A DNA stretch of 64,000 bases from positions 28,799-92,798 of the forward strand of contig CAZQWG010000009.1 of assembly GCA_964596985.1 (NCBI GenBank). Direction: 5' to 3'. How positions within the stretch are numbered: position 1 is the stretch's first letter; every line of letters starts with the position of its first letter. Positions 25,505 through 35,792 of this stretch are shown piece after piece. The translations under genes and the position numbers were made by a program. This stretch comes from an uncultured Candidatus Bathyarchaeia archaeon. GTDB taxonomy: Archaea; Thermoproteota; Bathyarchaeia; RBG-16-48-13; GCA-020345945. The notes beneath the pieces are model-generated. The model did no database searches and was not told the origin of the DNA. It was given only the letters and a program-made list of their open reading frames with translations.

Positions 25505-27691
25505 TTGAATGACAGTAGAGAAGTCCAACTCAAAGTTTCAGAAGCTAGACAGCGCGATGTTGGTCGCGGTAAGGCACGAATAGACAGTCAAGGCATGGAG
25601 GTTCTAAGCATCTCCGCAGGGGATGCAATAGAACTTCGGGGTAAACGGATGACTGCGGCAGTAGCTTGGCCTGCCTATCCAGAAGACCAAGGACTCGGAA
25701 TAATCAGGATGGATGGTCTCATCAGAAAGAATGCGGGGGTAGCGTTGAACGAGTATGTACTCGTGAAGAAGGCTGAAGTAAAACAGGCTCAAAACGTCAT
25801 TCTCGCCCCAATCGATATGCGATTGAACGTGGATAGCGACTTCACAAATTTCGTGAAGAGTAGGCTCATGGAGATTCCTCTCGTGGAAGGCGATACCGTT
25901 TTTCTGACAATACTGGGCAGTGCAATCCCCCTAACGGTAGTTCGCCTGAGACCTCACGGGGTCACAAAGATCACGGAGTCAACGGTTCTTCAAGTGATGA
26001 GTGAACCGTCTCCGGAGAAGAAGGGGATATCGAAAGTCACCTACGAAGACATCGGTGGGCTTCACGAAGAGATGCAGCGGGTCCGCGAGATGGTGGAGCT
26101 CCCCCTCAGACACCCCGAGCTGTTTCAGAGGCTTGGGATAGAACCCCCGAAAGGGGTTCTGCTCCTTGGGCCTCCTGGATGCGGCAAGACCCTCTTGGCC
26201 AAGGCTGTCGCAAACGAGTCGGACGCCAACTTCTTCTCGATAAATGGTCCGGAGATCATGAGCAAGTTCTATGGGGAGTCGGAGGCTCGTCTGCGGGAGA
26301 TCTTCCAGAAGGCTCAGGAGAATGCGCCTGGCATAATATTTATCGACGAACTTGACGCGATCGCCCCGAAAAGAGAGGAGGTAACTGGAGAGGTTGAACG
26401 AAGAGTAGTGGCTCAGCTCTTGGCGGTTATGGATGGGCTTGAGGGGAGAGGAAACGTTATCGTCATCGGAGCGACAAACGTTCCTGGAATGCTGGACCCG
26501 GCTCTTCGAAGACCCGGCAGATTCGACAGAGAAGTAGAAATCGGGGTCCCCGACAAGGAGGGTAGATCCGAGATAATCCAGATACACACAAGAGGAATGC
26601 CCCTGTCCGAGGATGTTGATTTGGCGATGCTATCACAGATAAGTCATGGATACACCGGTGCCGATCTTGCATCGCTGTGCAGAGAAGCAGCCATGAAGGC
26701 CCTTCGGAGATACCTCCCCGAGATCAATCTTGAAGAAGAGAGGATTCCTCCTGAGATCCTTGAGAAGATGGAAGTCAGGATGACGGATTTCTCGGATGCG
26801 TACAGGGAGATCACGCCAACCGCTATGAGAGAAGTCTACATCGAAGTCCCAACCGTTCGTTGGGAAGATGTCGGTGGACTAGCAAAAGTGAAACAACAAC
26901 TGAGGGAAGCGGTAGAATGGCCGCTGAATAACAAAGGAGACTTCAAGAAGATGGGAATATCCCCCCCGCGGGGAGTGCTTCTCTTCGGTCCACCCGGTTG
27001 TGGCAAGACCCTCCTCGGTAGGGCGGTGGCGACAGAGAGCGAAGCCAACTTCATATCGATAAAGGGTCCCGAGATCTTCAGCAAATGGGTTGGCGAGTCG
27101 GAGAAGGGTATACGTGAGGTTTTCCGAAAGGCTAGAACGGCGGCTCCTGCTGTCATCTTCCTCGATGAGATAGACGCCATGGTTCCTCGCCGAGGATTGG
27201 GGTATGGCGATTCGGGAGTGAGCGAACGGGTCATCAGTCAACTGCTCACAGAGATGGATGGGATTGTATCCCTCCAGAATGTTGTCGTTATTGGTGCAAC
27301 AAATCGACCTGACATACTGGACCCAGCCCTACTACGGCCTGGAAGATTCGATCGTCTGATCTACGTGCCAGCTCCAGATGAAGAATCTAGGCTGCGAATC
27401 TTTGAGATCTACACAAAGGAAATGCCCTTGTCCGGCGACGTCGATCTGGAGGCCCTGTCAATAGATGCTAAGGGATATTCCGGGGCTGATCTAGAAGCCC
27501 TATGCAGAGAGGCCGGCATGATGGCACTTCGGAAAGATCGTAAGACGGAGAAGGTTACATACGAAGACTTCAAGGACGCTATGGAGGAGATTCCCCCCTC
27601 GCTGACTGCAAATATGGAGTCATGGTACCAATCAAGTGTACGCCGAGTCCGTAGGATTGAAAAATCTACTGCCCCAACACCTGTAGCATAG
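25505..27691 (+). CDS. cdc48: Cdc48/VCP-like AAA+ ATPase
   Basis: 728 aa. N domain ([19 protein letters not shown]). Two AAA modules, each with GPPGCGKTL and a Walker B (IIFIDELDA / VIFLDEIDA). Confidence 0.95.
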   Translation: MNDSREVQLKVSEARQRDVGRGKARIDSQGMEVLSISAGDAIELRGKRMTAAVAWPAYPEDQGLGIIRMDGLIRKNAGVALNEYVLVKKAEVKQAQNVILAPIDMRLNVDSDFTNFVKSRLMEIPLVEGDTVFLTILGSAIPLTVVRLRPHGVTKITESTVLQVMSEPSPEKKGISKVTYEDIGGLHEEMQRVREMVELPLRHPELFQRLGIEPPKGVLLLGPPGCGKTLLAKAVANESDANFFSINGPEIMSKFYGESEARLREIFQKAQENAPGIIFIDELDAIAPKREEVTGEVERRVVAQLLAVMDGLEGRGNVIVIGATNVPGMLDPALRRPGRFDREVEIGVPDKEGRSEIIQIHTRGMPLSEDVDLAMLSQISHGYTGADLASLCREAAMKALRRYLPEINLEEERIPPEILEKMEVRMTDFSDAYREITPTAMREVYIEVPTVRWEDVGGLAKVKQQLREAVEWPLNNKGDFKKMGISPPRGVLLFGPPGCGKTLLGRAVATESEANFISIKGPEIFSKWVGESEKGIREVFRKARTAAPAVIFLDEIDAMVPRRGLGYGDSGVSERVISQLLTEMDGIVSLQNVVVIGATNRPDILDPALLRPGRFDRLIYVPAPDEESRLRIFEIYTKEMPLSGDVDLEALSIDAKGYSGADLEALCREAGMMALRKDRKTEKVTYEDFKDAMEEIPPSLTANMESWYQSSVRRVRRIEKSTAPTPVA

Positions 27692-27701
27692 AAGCATTGC
27701 T

Positions 27702-27959
27702 TTGAGTCGGTCCCAGATGTCAAGATTCCTAGAAGCCAAGCCGTTGCATACGTTATTGATTGAAACGCTCGAATCTCGCAAAGGCTCTCTGACCGATACC
27801 CAGCTTCTCAAGGAGCTGAAGAAACTGAACGGCGACCTCAACGACCGGCGGCTCAACAAAGTATTGATTAGACTGGAACTAGAAGGTCTAATCCACGTTT
27901 ACACCTTGACGAAGAATCGGCGAAGGATCGAGCTTGTTCCCCGACAAGAAAAGCGGTAG
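27702..27959 (+). CDS. Small hypothetical protein, wHTH-like
   Basis: 85 aa, starting 10 nt after the cdc48 stop. LTDTQLLKELKKL...LNKVLIRLELEGLIHV is wHTH-like. No family recognised. Confidence 0.4.
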   Translation: MSRSQMSRFLEAKPLHTLLIETLESRKGSLTDTQLLKELKKLNGDLNDRRLNKVLIRLELEGLIHVYTLTKNRRRIELVPRQEKR

Positions 27960-28059
27960 CCTTGTTCTGTCTCGCTTCAATTCTTCCTCCAATGTGGCTG
28001 AGGCTTTGAAAAGTTCAAATCCGTCTTTCCCACTTCTACGGCATGAGGGATGAAGGCGA

Positions 28060-29094
28060 TTGGGGGTCGATCTTAGACCGATAGTTACCAAACATGCGGT
28101 TCGTCTTACCGATCTTAAGGGGAAGGCTTTGGCGGTGGACGCCTACAACTCCCTCTACCAATTCCTAGCGATTATTCGAGGCGGCTCCGGTAGACCCCTT
28201 AGAGACAGGAAAGGTAGGACGACAAGTCACCTAAGCGGGCTCTTCTATCGTACAGCAAACCTGTTGAGGATAGGAATCAAACCTGTATACGTCTTCGACG
28301 GCAAACCACCGGTTCTGAAGAAACCTGTCGTGATGGGGAGGATGGAAGCCCGGAGGGCTGCTAAGAGGAGATATGAGGAAGCATTGAAGGTCGGGGACCA
28401 AGAGAAGGCAAGACTGTATGGTCAGGCGAGTATTCGTCTCAAAGACTGGATGTTGGTGTCGTCCAAGGAACTGCTTAGGTTGATGGGTGTTCCTACGATA
28501 CAAGCGCCTTCTGAAGGCGAGGCCCAGGCGGCCTACATGACGAAGCAAGGAGACGTCTGGGCGTCGGCAAGTCAGGACTACGATTCCCTCCTTTTCGGTG
28601 CAACTCGTCTAATCAGGAACGTGACGATGAGCGGCCGCCGCAAGCTTCCCCGAAAGAACGTCTACATCCAAATCAGTCCCGAGCTGATAGACCTCCCGGT
28701 ATTGTTGCGAACGTTGGGTATCACGCAGGAGCAACTTATAGAGCTGGGGATACTCGTGGGTACCGACTACAACCCTGGTGGCGTGGAGGGCTTCGGCTCT
28801 AAATCCGCATTGAAACTCATCAAGAAACACGGAGATGGTAAATCTGTGTTGGCAACCGTCGATTCCAGCAGGTTCGATTTCATGTTTGACGAAGTCAAAT
28901 CCTTGTTCACGCATCCTAAGGTTCGTTCCGACTACTCCCTGAACTGGGACCTCCCTGATGTTGATGGGGTGATAAGCCTCCTTTGCGGAGAACACGACTT
29001 CTCTGAAGATCGAGTCAGAAAGACCTTGACAGAGGTCTCCTCCGGTATAGGGATTATCGCCAAGGATTCTACTTTAGATGGCTGGCTCTCTTAG
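28060..29094 (+). CDS. fen: Flap endonuclease 1
   Basis: MGVDLRPIV...KALAVDAYNSLYQFLAIIR, then QAPSEGEAQAAYM and the H3TH motif GTDYNPGG. Confidence 0.93.
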   Translation: MGVDLRPIVTKHAVRLTDLKGKALAVDAYNSLYQFLAIIRGGSGRPLRDRKGRTTSHLSGLFYRTANLLRIGIKPVYVFDGKPPVLKKPVVMGRMEARRAAKRRYEEALKVGDQEKARLYGQASIRLKDWMLVSSKELLRLMGVPTIQAPSEGEAQAAYMTKQGDVWASASQDYDSLLFGATRLIRNVTMSGRRKLPRKNVYIQISPELIDLPVLLRTLGITQEQLIELGILVGTDYNPGGVEGFGSKSALKLIKKHGDGKSVLATVDSSRFDFMFDEVKSLFTHPKVRSDYSLNWDLPDVDGVISLLCGEHDFSEDRVRKTLTEVSSGIGIIAKDSTLDGWLS

Positions 29095-29796
29095 TCAAGG
29101 TTTAAACCCGTACTTCCCTTTCATCGGGACAAACGCGACCCCTCCAAGTCTTTTGGTCGCAATCTCCCCGGTCCTCTTCTTCTCGATCTTCAGCAATTCC
29201 TGGAAGAAGCCTGTCTCTCCGACTGGTGTGATGAGTATTCCGTTCAGTTTCAACTGGTCTATCAGAGGCGTCGGTACGCTAGGAGGGGCTGCTGTGGCGT
29301 ATATCCTGTCAAACGGGGCTTCTTCTATGTAGCCTTGAGATCCATCCGCTTCTACCACTTCGACCCGATCTGCGAACCCGGTTCTCTCGAGGTTGTTCTC
29401 AGCGAAGGATATCAGCTCCTTGACTATCTCCAAGGAGAAAAGCTGACTTCTCAAACCGCCTTCTCGGGTAGAGATCGTCTCAGCCGTCACTGCGGCGTGG
29501 TAGCCGCTTCCCGTACCTATCTCCAGTATCTTCTGTCCAGGTTTCAAGTCGAGTTCTTGACACATTATCGCAACCATGTGCGGGGCTGATATGGTCTGTC
29601 CGTATCCTAGGTGCAGGGGTGTATCGACGTATGCCTGCTCTCTTAGACTCCTTGGGACGAACTCCTCGCGTGGAACAGTAAGCATTGCCTCTGCCACTCT
29701 CTTGTCTCGGAGGACCCCTGAGGAGACCAGCCTCTGAACCAGGATCTTCCTTTTCTCTTCGTAACCCGTCTTGAAGCTCATGGGTTTAGAAACCAC
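29095..29796 (-). CDS. pcm: Protein-L-isoaspartate O-methyltransferase
   Basis: GYGQTISAPHMVAIMCQ and KILEIGTGSGYHAAV. Its stop codon abuts the fen stop codon. Confidence 0.9.
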   Translation of the reverse strand: MVSKPMSFKTGYEEKRKILVQRLVSSGVLRDKRVAEAMLTVPREEFVPRSLREQAYVDTPLHLGYGQTISAPHMVAIMCQELDLKPGQKILEIGTGSGYHAAVTAETISTREGGLRSQLFSLEIVKELISFAENNLERTGFADRVEVVEADGSQGYIEEAPFDRIYATAAPPSVPTPLIDQLKLNGILITPVGETGFFQELLKIEKKRTGEIATKRLGGVAFVPMKGKYGFKP

Positions 29797-29854
29797 GACA
29801 ATGTTTTCTCCTTACTATGGTATAAAGAGTAGTCACCCGAGGGGGTAACGCGAG

Positions 29855-30277
29855 ATGATGGTCGATTTCTTTGCTTGGGGTCACAAGAATATACTCGCAC
29901 TTCACTCCTCCACTCTTGAGATTACCAAAAGCATGCTCTTGACTGAGAGAGGGACATGTGTTGTGGGTGTCGGGGCGACGATGGCTCTTTCTGAGTTGAA
30001 CGAGGAGGTTAGGGCAATGGCAAAGGATCGGAGGAGTAAAATCACTCTCACTATGTCTGTAGGCGAATTGGAAGAGAGCGTAACGGGGTACGGTGATCCC
30101 CGGATAACCCTACAGCATCCCACAGATATTGTTGTAAGAAAAAGCCAGTACGTCTGCGACCGTACGTTGTGTGTGAAGGCGGATAAAGCAGCTTGCGACC
30201 TCTCCCGTAAAATGATACACCTACTAAGCAATCCCGATCAGAAAATGGTCGTGAAGCTGTCTGTGGAAAAATGCTAG
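29855..30277 (+). CDS. DUF371-family protein
   Basis: FFAWGHKNILALHSSTLEITKSMLLTERGTCVVGV matches my memory of the DUF371 N-terminal pattern. Confidence 0.55.
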   Translation: MMVDFFAWGHKNILALHSSTLEITKSMLLTERGTCVVGVGATMALSELNEEVRAMAKDRRSKITLTMSVGELEESVTGYGDPRITLQHPTDIVVRKSQYVCDRTLCVKADKAACDLSRKMIHLLSNPDQKMVVKLSVEKC

Positions 30278-31356
30278 TCGACACGAGCATCTACCCCGAT
30301 CTGCCACTCTCTGGGTGCTGTCGCCGTGACCCTCCGAATCGCCGTGACCTCTTCAACCCTCCTCCCTGCCTCTTCGACTCCTCTTCTGAAGGTTCGCTCC
30401 GCCGCTTCCAAGGCACTGCTCCCTTCGGCGAATTGGTAGTAGTGGATGGTCCCTCCTTGACTCTTCAACGCCTTGCATGCAGTGCCGAGATATTCCGCCG
30501 AGCTGCCGGGCAGGTTCATCAACACCCGGTCGATCTTGCCCTCAAACCTCTGCTGGACGATTTTCTCTACGTCGCCTTCGATGGCGACTACCCTGTCCTT
30601 CACTCGGTTCTCCTCGATATTCCTGTTGAGATACTCTACGGCTGCCGGGTTGATGTCGACTGCAAATATCTTGATCGTTCCGCTCCTCTTCGCCATCTGA
30701 ATTGAAAATGGACCCACACCTGCAAACATGTCTAGGATCGTCTCCCTCTCACCAACCAAATTGGAGACGCGGCGCCGTTCATACGCTAATCTCGGGTTGA
30801 AGTAAACCTTGGCTAGGTCTACGTGGAAAGTACACCCGTATTCTCGGTGAACGGTAACCGTCCTACCTTCTCCCGCTATTATCTCGAATTTTCTTGTTCT
30901 ATGAGTCCCGCGTACACCGCTAGCTTTCTTGAGCACGGTTTTCAGGCTTGGATTCGCCGTGAGGATGGCTTTCCCAATCTGTTCATCATAGCTAGAGAGT
31001 CCATTAGAGATCTCAATGATCGCTATGTCTCCCACGGTCGGCATGGATCTCGGTATTCCTCCCAGAAGCTCGGGAGGAACCACCCCCTCTAAGACCTGTC
31101 TTACCGTCGGCCTCCGTCTGGAGTCCGGCTCGAACCATTCTTCCATAAGCTTGAAGGTCCTCAGCTCACTCCTGAGATGCCGAGCCTCGTTCCGAGTAGG
31201 CTCTCTGACCAACGGGAGGAGGATCTCTCCTTCTCTTCTCGAGATCTTGTAGTCCCTGTCAAGAATCTCGAGTCTCTTGGAAGCCAGTAACGCTTTTTCC
31301 CCCATCCTCTCCGGTACAGACAGGCAATACCTCCTCCTGTGTTCGCCTTCTTTCAT
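30274..31356 (-). CDS. trm5: tRNA (guanine37-N1)-methyltransferase Trm5 / Taw22 (Met-10+ family)
   Basis: 360 aa. ILDMFAGVGPFSIQMAK SAM motif and NLPGSSAEYL. Confidence 0.8.
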   Translation of the reverse strand: MKEGEHRRRYCLSVPERMGEKALLASKRLEILDRDYKISRREGEILLPLVREPTRNEARHLRSELRTFKLMEEWFEPDSRRRPTVRQVLEGVVPPELLGGIPRSMPTVGDIAIIEISNGLSSYDEQIGKAILTANPSLKTVLKKASGVRGTHRTRKFEIIAGEGRTVTVHREYGCTFHVDLAKVYFNPRLAYERRRVSNLVGERETILDMFAGVGPFSIQMAKRSGTIKIFAVDINPAAVEYLNRNIEENRVKDRVVAIEGDVEKIVQQRFEGKIDRVLMNLPGSSAEYLGTACKALKSQGGTIHYYQFAEGSSALEAAERTFRRGVEEAGRRVEEVTAIRRVTATAPREWQIGVDARVD

Positions 31357-31720
31357 AGCCTGGTCGTCGCCTCCTTTACGCCACTATTGGATAGTCGCGT
31401 TTCTGTCCGGTCGTTGGGTTGAATTGACAGTTGGGTAACCTTCTTGGGAGATCAGCGGCACTCACAAGAGATTCTACTTGCCTATCTTGTTGATGTTGAT
31501 TCTATAAACATGCTGCGTGGTTTGTCAACTACTTCAGCAAAGGAATAACCATATCGGGCTATGGTGAAAATAGATTGCAGAGATAGAGCCTAACAACGCT
31601 TCAGTTGAGATTGCTTGTGGGTCTTGGGCGGAAGATGTTTTCGCGCGTGCTGAGGTTACGTTTGAGCTAATCCCCTACTCACGTTTGTTGGCGGGCCCGG
31701 AGGGAGTTGAACCCTCGACC

Positions 31721-31736
31721 TTCCCGGCACTCAGCT
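31721..31736 (-). other. Predicted tRNA intron 3 (variable region, about 44/45)
   Basis: Helix CCCG/CGGG is flanked by 3-nt bulges AT|A and AA|G, with an inner GC/GC helix. Removing these 16 nt leaves the variable loop TGGTC in front of the T stem. Confidence 0.5.
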
Positions 31737-31743
31737 ATCGGGT

Positions 31744-31771
31744 CTCTCTGTTCGATCCGATTGAAGGAACA
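31744..31771 (-). other. Predicted tRNA intron 2 (canonical 37/38 position) with full bulge-helix-bulge
   Basis: The 4-bp central helix pairs CTCT (positions 32-35) with AGAG. The 3-nt bulges are TA|T and AG|A. The inner helix is GTTC/GAAC. The intron is 28 nt. Confidence 0.7.
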
Positions 31772-31786
31772 TAAGAGCCCGCCGCT

Positions 31787-31805
31787 TTCAGTCGGAAAAC
31801 TCCAA
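31787..31805 (-). other. Predicted tRNA intron 1 (D-loop, after position 22); boundaries tentative
   Basis: Removing these 19 nt restores the canonical D arm GCTC-AGCCAGGCA-GAGC. The insert plus flanks fold as the 8-bp hairpin CAGTTGGA-GTTT-TCCGACTG. I found no clean bulge-helix-bulge. Confidence 0.45.
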
Positions 31806-32089
31806 CTGCCTGGCTGAGCTACGGGCCCAGACAGATGACGTATCACCCAATACCGGAACTCGCCTAAATATCTGTTTTCTTCTGCGCCGTCAAATCGGAG
31901 TTCCTGCAATCCAACTGCAAGATGACTGAGCACCACGATTACCCAATTGCCCCCAGAACTAAGACAGCGGGTTCTCGACAACGTTGTCCGCGGTGACCTC
32001 GAAATCGACATAAATATTATATGTGTGAGCGCCCTTACGAGTATGCTTCGGACAGAAATACATGAATTGTATGCTTGGGGGTGATTTAG

Positions 32090-32350
32090 ATGACTGGTCC
32101 CGCAGAGGGGAAACGCATCTACGGAATCGTGACCGTCGGGGAAAGAGGACAGATAGTGATACCCAAGGAAGCAAGAGACCGATACAATATTAGACCAAAG
32201 GATAAATTACTGATCCTAAGCCCCCCTCTCCCGCACAGGAAGAAAGGTATTCTTGTTCTCATAAAAGCGGAGGAGATCCGTGACTTTGCTTTAAGCGTAC
32301 TAGGGGCTTTCAGAGAAAACGACATTGAAACCGCGAGCAAGAATCCTTGA
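32090..32350 (+). CDS. AbrB/MazE/SpoVT-family DNA-binding protein
   Basis: GIVTVGERGQIVIPKEARDRYNIRPKDKLLI is a looped-hinge-helix (SpoVT-AbrB) signature. GGGGTGAT lies 5 nt upstream of the ATG. Confidence 0.7.
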   Translation: MTGPAEGKRIYGIVTVGERGQIVIPKEARDRYNIRPKDKLLILSPPLPHRKKGILVLIKAEEIRDFALSVLGAFRENDIETASKNP

Positions 32351-32413
32351 CAACGAATCCTTAACAGCAATACATTCCGAATTGAGATAGAACAGTGATT
32401 CGAAGGTGAATAG

Positions 32414-35074
32414 TTGTCGCTAGCAAGAATCGCCTTGAGAAGTGTATCTAGACGGAAACTTCGCAACTCCCTCACTGTACTAGCCGTCGTTATCGGGGTC
32501 GCACTTCTGACAGGAGTGAACATAGCCTTCGACAGTGCCTACATTCACTTCGTGAATACAATTAACAGATCATCCGGATCAATCGATATTAGCATACGCT
32601 CGGCGACCGGTGCATCGTTGAATGATTCCCTCTTGCCAGAGATCCGGCAAGTGGAGGGCGTCGCTGAGGCCTCAGGCAGGGTCTCAGGGTCAGGATACGC
32701 CGTATTCTGGAACGTGACGGAAGAGAGTTCTGCACCGCTCTCTGTCTACGGCGTGGACCCGAACGGTGATTTCGACTACTTGAATCCTGACTATACGAAC
32801 ATAACTGGAGTCAGATCACTTAGCCCCGGACAGATTGTTGTAGATTCTCGACTGAACTACACGATCGGGCAGAGAATCAAGATTCGCGTCAAGTCAGACT
32901 ACTACTGGCTGGAGGTTGTAGGTCTCTACCATCTCCCAGCCGAGATCCAAGGATTACATTTTGCTGGCAGTTACACTGCATACGTAGATCTTCCAGCAGC
33001 TCAGAAACTGTTCAAAACCTGGGGGAGGTTCAATAGGATCATAGCTCGAGTCGACGACGTATCCAACACCCGCAAGGTGGTCGAACGGCTTGAGAGCCGG
33101 CTCGGAGGCGAGTATGAAGTAACCGCTGAGAAGGAGAGAATCCTCGACCGTATGCGAAGCTCCTTGGAAGGCTTCAGAAGCGGCCTCTTCGTAATGTCTG
33201 CTCTGACAAGTGCGGTCGCCCTTGTCATTGTGTTCAATACGGTATACATGAACGTGAAGGAAAGAATGTATGAGATCGGGGTAATCCGATCCATAGGCGC
33301 GTCAAAGACACAAGTCTTCTGGATGTTCATCCTGGAGGGTATGCTTCTAGGGGTGATCGGGACAACCGTAGGCTTAGCGGGAGGATTCCTCTTGGCAAAT
33401 ATCCTTGGGGGTACTCTCCTTCCCGCTCCTCCCTCCTCTTCCCCCCAGGAGATCCTGCTGATCTATAAGCCGGGAACAATAGCCCTCGGTATCGTGACCG
33501 GGATCCTGACTACGTTGATCGGGGGACTCATACCATCGATCCTCGCAGGGAGAACAGAGATCTTGAAAGCACTCAGACCGTCGATGAGGATGACGATACA
33601 TAGAAGACTTCACTGGATCTTACTCCTAGTCGGAGCCGTTCTCTTCCTTACAGGAGTATTCATGTGGAGTTCCGCTAATCCGAGAAGCGTTACAACTATC
33701 CCACAAACCGGAGTCGCCTCAATTCCCCTTCTCATAATAGGGCTTGTTCTGACGACGGCAGGTCTCATTAGGGGGACGGAAAAGATCTTTGAATATCTAC
33801 TCTACCCTGCATTCGGAAAGACCAGCAGACTAGCCTCAAGAAACTTCTCGAGAAACCTGGTGAGGACTACAATCTGCTTCATGCTAATAGCAATGTCCCT
33901 CTCATTCATAGTCGCCTTGGGGGGAATACAGTTCAGCGTCAACGCAGGAATAGAAGAAACGGTTACCAGTTTCTTCCAGTCAGACATAATCGTTTTTTCA
34001 GGAACCACTCCGATAGAGAGAGGGTTCTGGAAGGAGCTTGTTAACCTTGAACACGGGACCCTTATCGAGAAGGCTTCGCCTGTGCGGGTAATCGGAACAA
34101 ATCTAAGGGCTTTGACCCAGAACGAGAACGTCTCTGTCTCCGTGACCGCGATCCATACACCAAACGGGGCGTACTCTGACAAGTACTGTTCCTACCCTGA
34201 TGTGATGGACATGACGTTCACACCTGAGACCCCTCCTGACGTCTACCAGAGACTCCACGACGTTAACACGATCATATTATCCAGCGGGATCGCTAGAACT
34301 CTGGGCGCAAGAGTGGGCTCAAAGGTCAACGTCCTTTCCCTACTAGAAATTCAGGTTGCGCCAGGTGTCCTCATCCATACCCCTACATGGAGGATCTTCG
34401 ATGTCATCGGAATAGTCGAGATAGGAATGGAACAGTCACCGATGATGGCTCAAATGGCAAAGATGTGCTATATCTCATACCATACATTAAACGAGCAGTG
34501 GGGTGAATACAAGGATGAAGCAAACATGTTCTACGTTAGGGTGAAACCAGAGTACAGCGAGAATATCGGGTACGTAAGGGACAGAATCCTAGGAAAATTT
34601 GGAAGAAGCCGTGGCATCGGGGTGATCACAAGAATCGACATTCTGGATGCAATACGAGAGAATATGAACGAGATGTGGGGGCTCTTCAATAACTTGATCC
34701 TCTTCTCAGTCGTAGTAACCGCAATAGGCATGACTAGCATAATGATTATGAACATCTCGGAAAGGAGGAGAGAGATCGGAATAATTCGATCCCAAGGCAT
34801 GAGCCGCATCCAGGTAGCCAAGATAATAATCGGAGAAGCAATAATCCTCGGTGGCATAGGCTTGCTCTTGGGAACCATCGCAGGACTAGTATACTACCGG
34901 GGGGTAGTCTACGTAATGGCTGAGACCGGCTTTTCAACTGGATTCCGGATTCCCTTAGAGGCGATAAGAACTGCAACTTTGCTCTCGTTCGGAATATCGG
35001 TCGCGAGCGTGCTCTACCCCCTACACAAAGCAAACAGTCTTGACATAGTGGAGGCCGTTAGGAGAAATGAATAG
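32414..35074 (+). CDS. MacB/FtsX-type ABC transporter permease with two FtsX modules
   Basis: 886 aa. The N-terminus LRSVSRRKLRNSLTVLAVVIGVALL is followed by a large extracytoplasmic domain. The 4-TM FtsX unit occurs twice (VKERMYEIGVIRSIGASK; ISERRREIGIIRSQGMSR). Confidence 0.85.
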   Translation: MSLARIALRSVSRRKLRNSLTVLAVVIGVALLTGVNIAFDSAYIHFVNTINRSSGSIDISIRSATGASLNDSLLPEIRQVEGVAEASGRVSGSGYAVFWNVTEESSAPLSVYGVDPNGDFDYLNPDYTNITGVRSLSPGQIVVDSRLNYTIGQRIKIRVKSDYYWLEVVGLYHLPAEIQGLHFAGSYTAYVDLPAAQKLFKTWGRFNRIIARVDDVSNTRKVVERLESRLGGEYEVTAEKERILDRMRSSLEGFRSGLFVMSALTSAVALVIVFNTVYMNVKERMYEIGVIRSIGASKTQVFWMFILEGMLLGVIGTTVGLAGGFLLANILGGTLLPAPPSSSPQEILLIYKPGTIALGIVTGILTTLIGGLIPSILAGRTEILKALRPSMRMTIHRRLHWILLLVGAVLFLTGVFMWSSANPRSVTTIPQTGVASIPLLIIGLVLTTAGLIRGTEKIFEYLLYPAFGKTSRLASRNFSRNLVRTTICFMLIAMSLSFIVALGGIQFSVNAGIEETVTSFFQSDIIVFSGTTPIERGFWKELVNLEHGTLIEKASPVRVIGTNLRALTQNENVSVSVTAIHTPNGAYSDKYCSYPDVMDMTFTPETPPDVYQRLHDVNTIILSSGIARTLGARVGSKVNVLSLLEIQVAPGVLIHTPTWRIFDVIGIVEIGMEQSPMMAQMAKMCYISYHTLNEQWGEYKDEANMFYVRVKPEYSENIGYVRDRILGKFGRSRGIGVITRIDILDAIRENMNEMWGLFNNLILFSVVVTAIGMTSIMIMNISERRREIGIIRSQGMSRIQVAKIIIGEAIILGGIGLLLGTIAGLVYYRGVVYVMAETGFSTGFRIPLEAIRTATLLSFGISVASVLYPLHKANSLDIVEAVRRNE

Positions 35075-35792
35075 TCAAATTAAGGAAAATGAGGCTGAAA
35101 CACCTATCCTCGAGGTGAAGAACCTCGGCAAGATCTACAAGCTAGGAAAAGTCCAGGTCAAAGCCCTGAACGGGGTCAGTCTGCGGGTAAAACGGGCTGA
35201 GTTCGTTGCGATAATGGGGCCATCCGGGTCCGGGAAGACCACTCTTCTCAACCTTATAGGAACATTGGACACGCCTACAGAAGGCACCATACTCTTAGAT
35301 CAGGAGGATCTGTCGAAACTAAGCGAGTCGGACAAGGACAGGATAAGGAGACACAAGATCGGATTCATCTATCAATTCTACAACCTTATCCCCGTTCTGT
35401 CAGCCAGGGAGAACGTTGAACTGCCGATGGACATAGCCAACGTGGACCGGGGGAAAAGCAGGGAGAGGACAGATCAGCTGCTCAAGATGGTAGGCCTCTC
35501 AGACCGAGCAGACCACAGACCCGACGAGCTCAGTGGTGGAGAGCAGCAAAGAATCGCGATAGCAAGAGCCCTTGCCAATCAGCCTTCCTTGATCCTCGCA
35601 GACGAACCAACGGGAGACCTAGACACGAAGACTGGCAAGGAGATCATAGGCGAATTGAAGGCCCTCTGCAAAGACGAAGAAGTTACCGTCATCATAGTCA
35701 CCCACGACCCTGTCGCAGCCGAACTCGCAGACAGGATCGTCTACATGAGAGACGGGACAATCGAAGGGGAGAAAGTCCTCGTACCCGAGTAG
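35067..35792 (+). CDS. ABC transporter ATP-binding protein (MacB/LolD-like)
   Basis: Walker A GPSGSGKTT, signature LSGGEQQRIAIARAL, Walker B LILADEPTGDLD. It overlaps the permease by 8 nt. Confidence 0.93.
   Translation: MNSQIKENEAETPILEVKNLGKIYKLGKVQVKALNGVSLRVKRAEFVAIMGPSGSGKTTLLNLIGTLDTPTEGTILLDQEDLSKLSESDKDRIRRHKIGFIYQFYNLIPVLSARENVELPMDIANVDRGKSRERTDQLLKMVGLSDRADHRPDELSGGEQQRIAIARALANQPSLILADEPTGDLDTKTGKEIIGELKALCKDEEVTVIIVTHDPVAAELADRIVYMRDGTIEGEKVLVPE

Larger units (their letters stand above)
31689..31828 (-). tRNA. tRNA-Lys (anticodon CUU), 140-nt gene with three predicted introns and encoded CCA
   Basis: 5' GGGCCCGTAGCTCAGCCAGGCAG and 3' GGTCGAGGGTTCAACTCCCTCCGGGCCCGCCA are canonical tRNA halves. 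Joining the four proposed exons gives a 74-nt cloverleaf plus CCA, with anticodon loop CTCTTAA. See the finding for the intron analysis. Confidence 0.75.

Noticed and set aside
25979-26587. 202-aa antisense ORF inside cdc48, and similar long shadows at 44975..45622, 51366..52025, 30271..30705 and 19500..19949
   Set aside because: All lie opposite to, or out of frame with, strongly supported genes. Their L/S/R/F-rich translations are typical of shadow ORFs.
31679-32011. 110-aa ORF overlapping the tRNA-Lys gene
   Set aside because: It is explained by the GC-rich tRNA gene and its upstream region. No protein features were seen.
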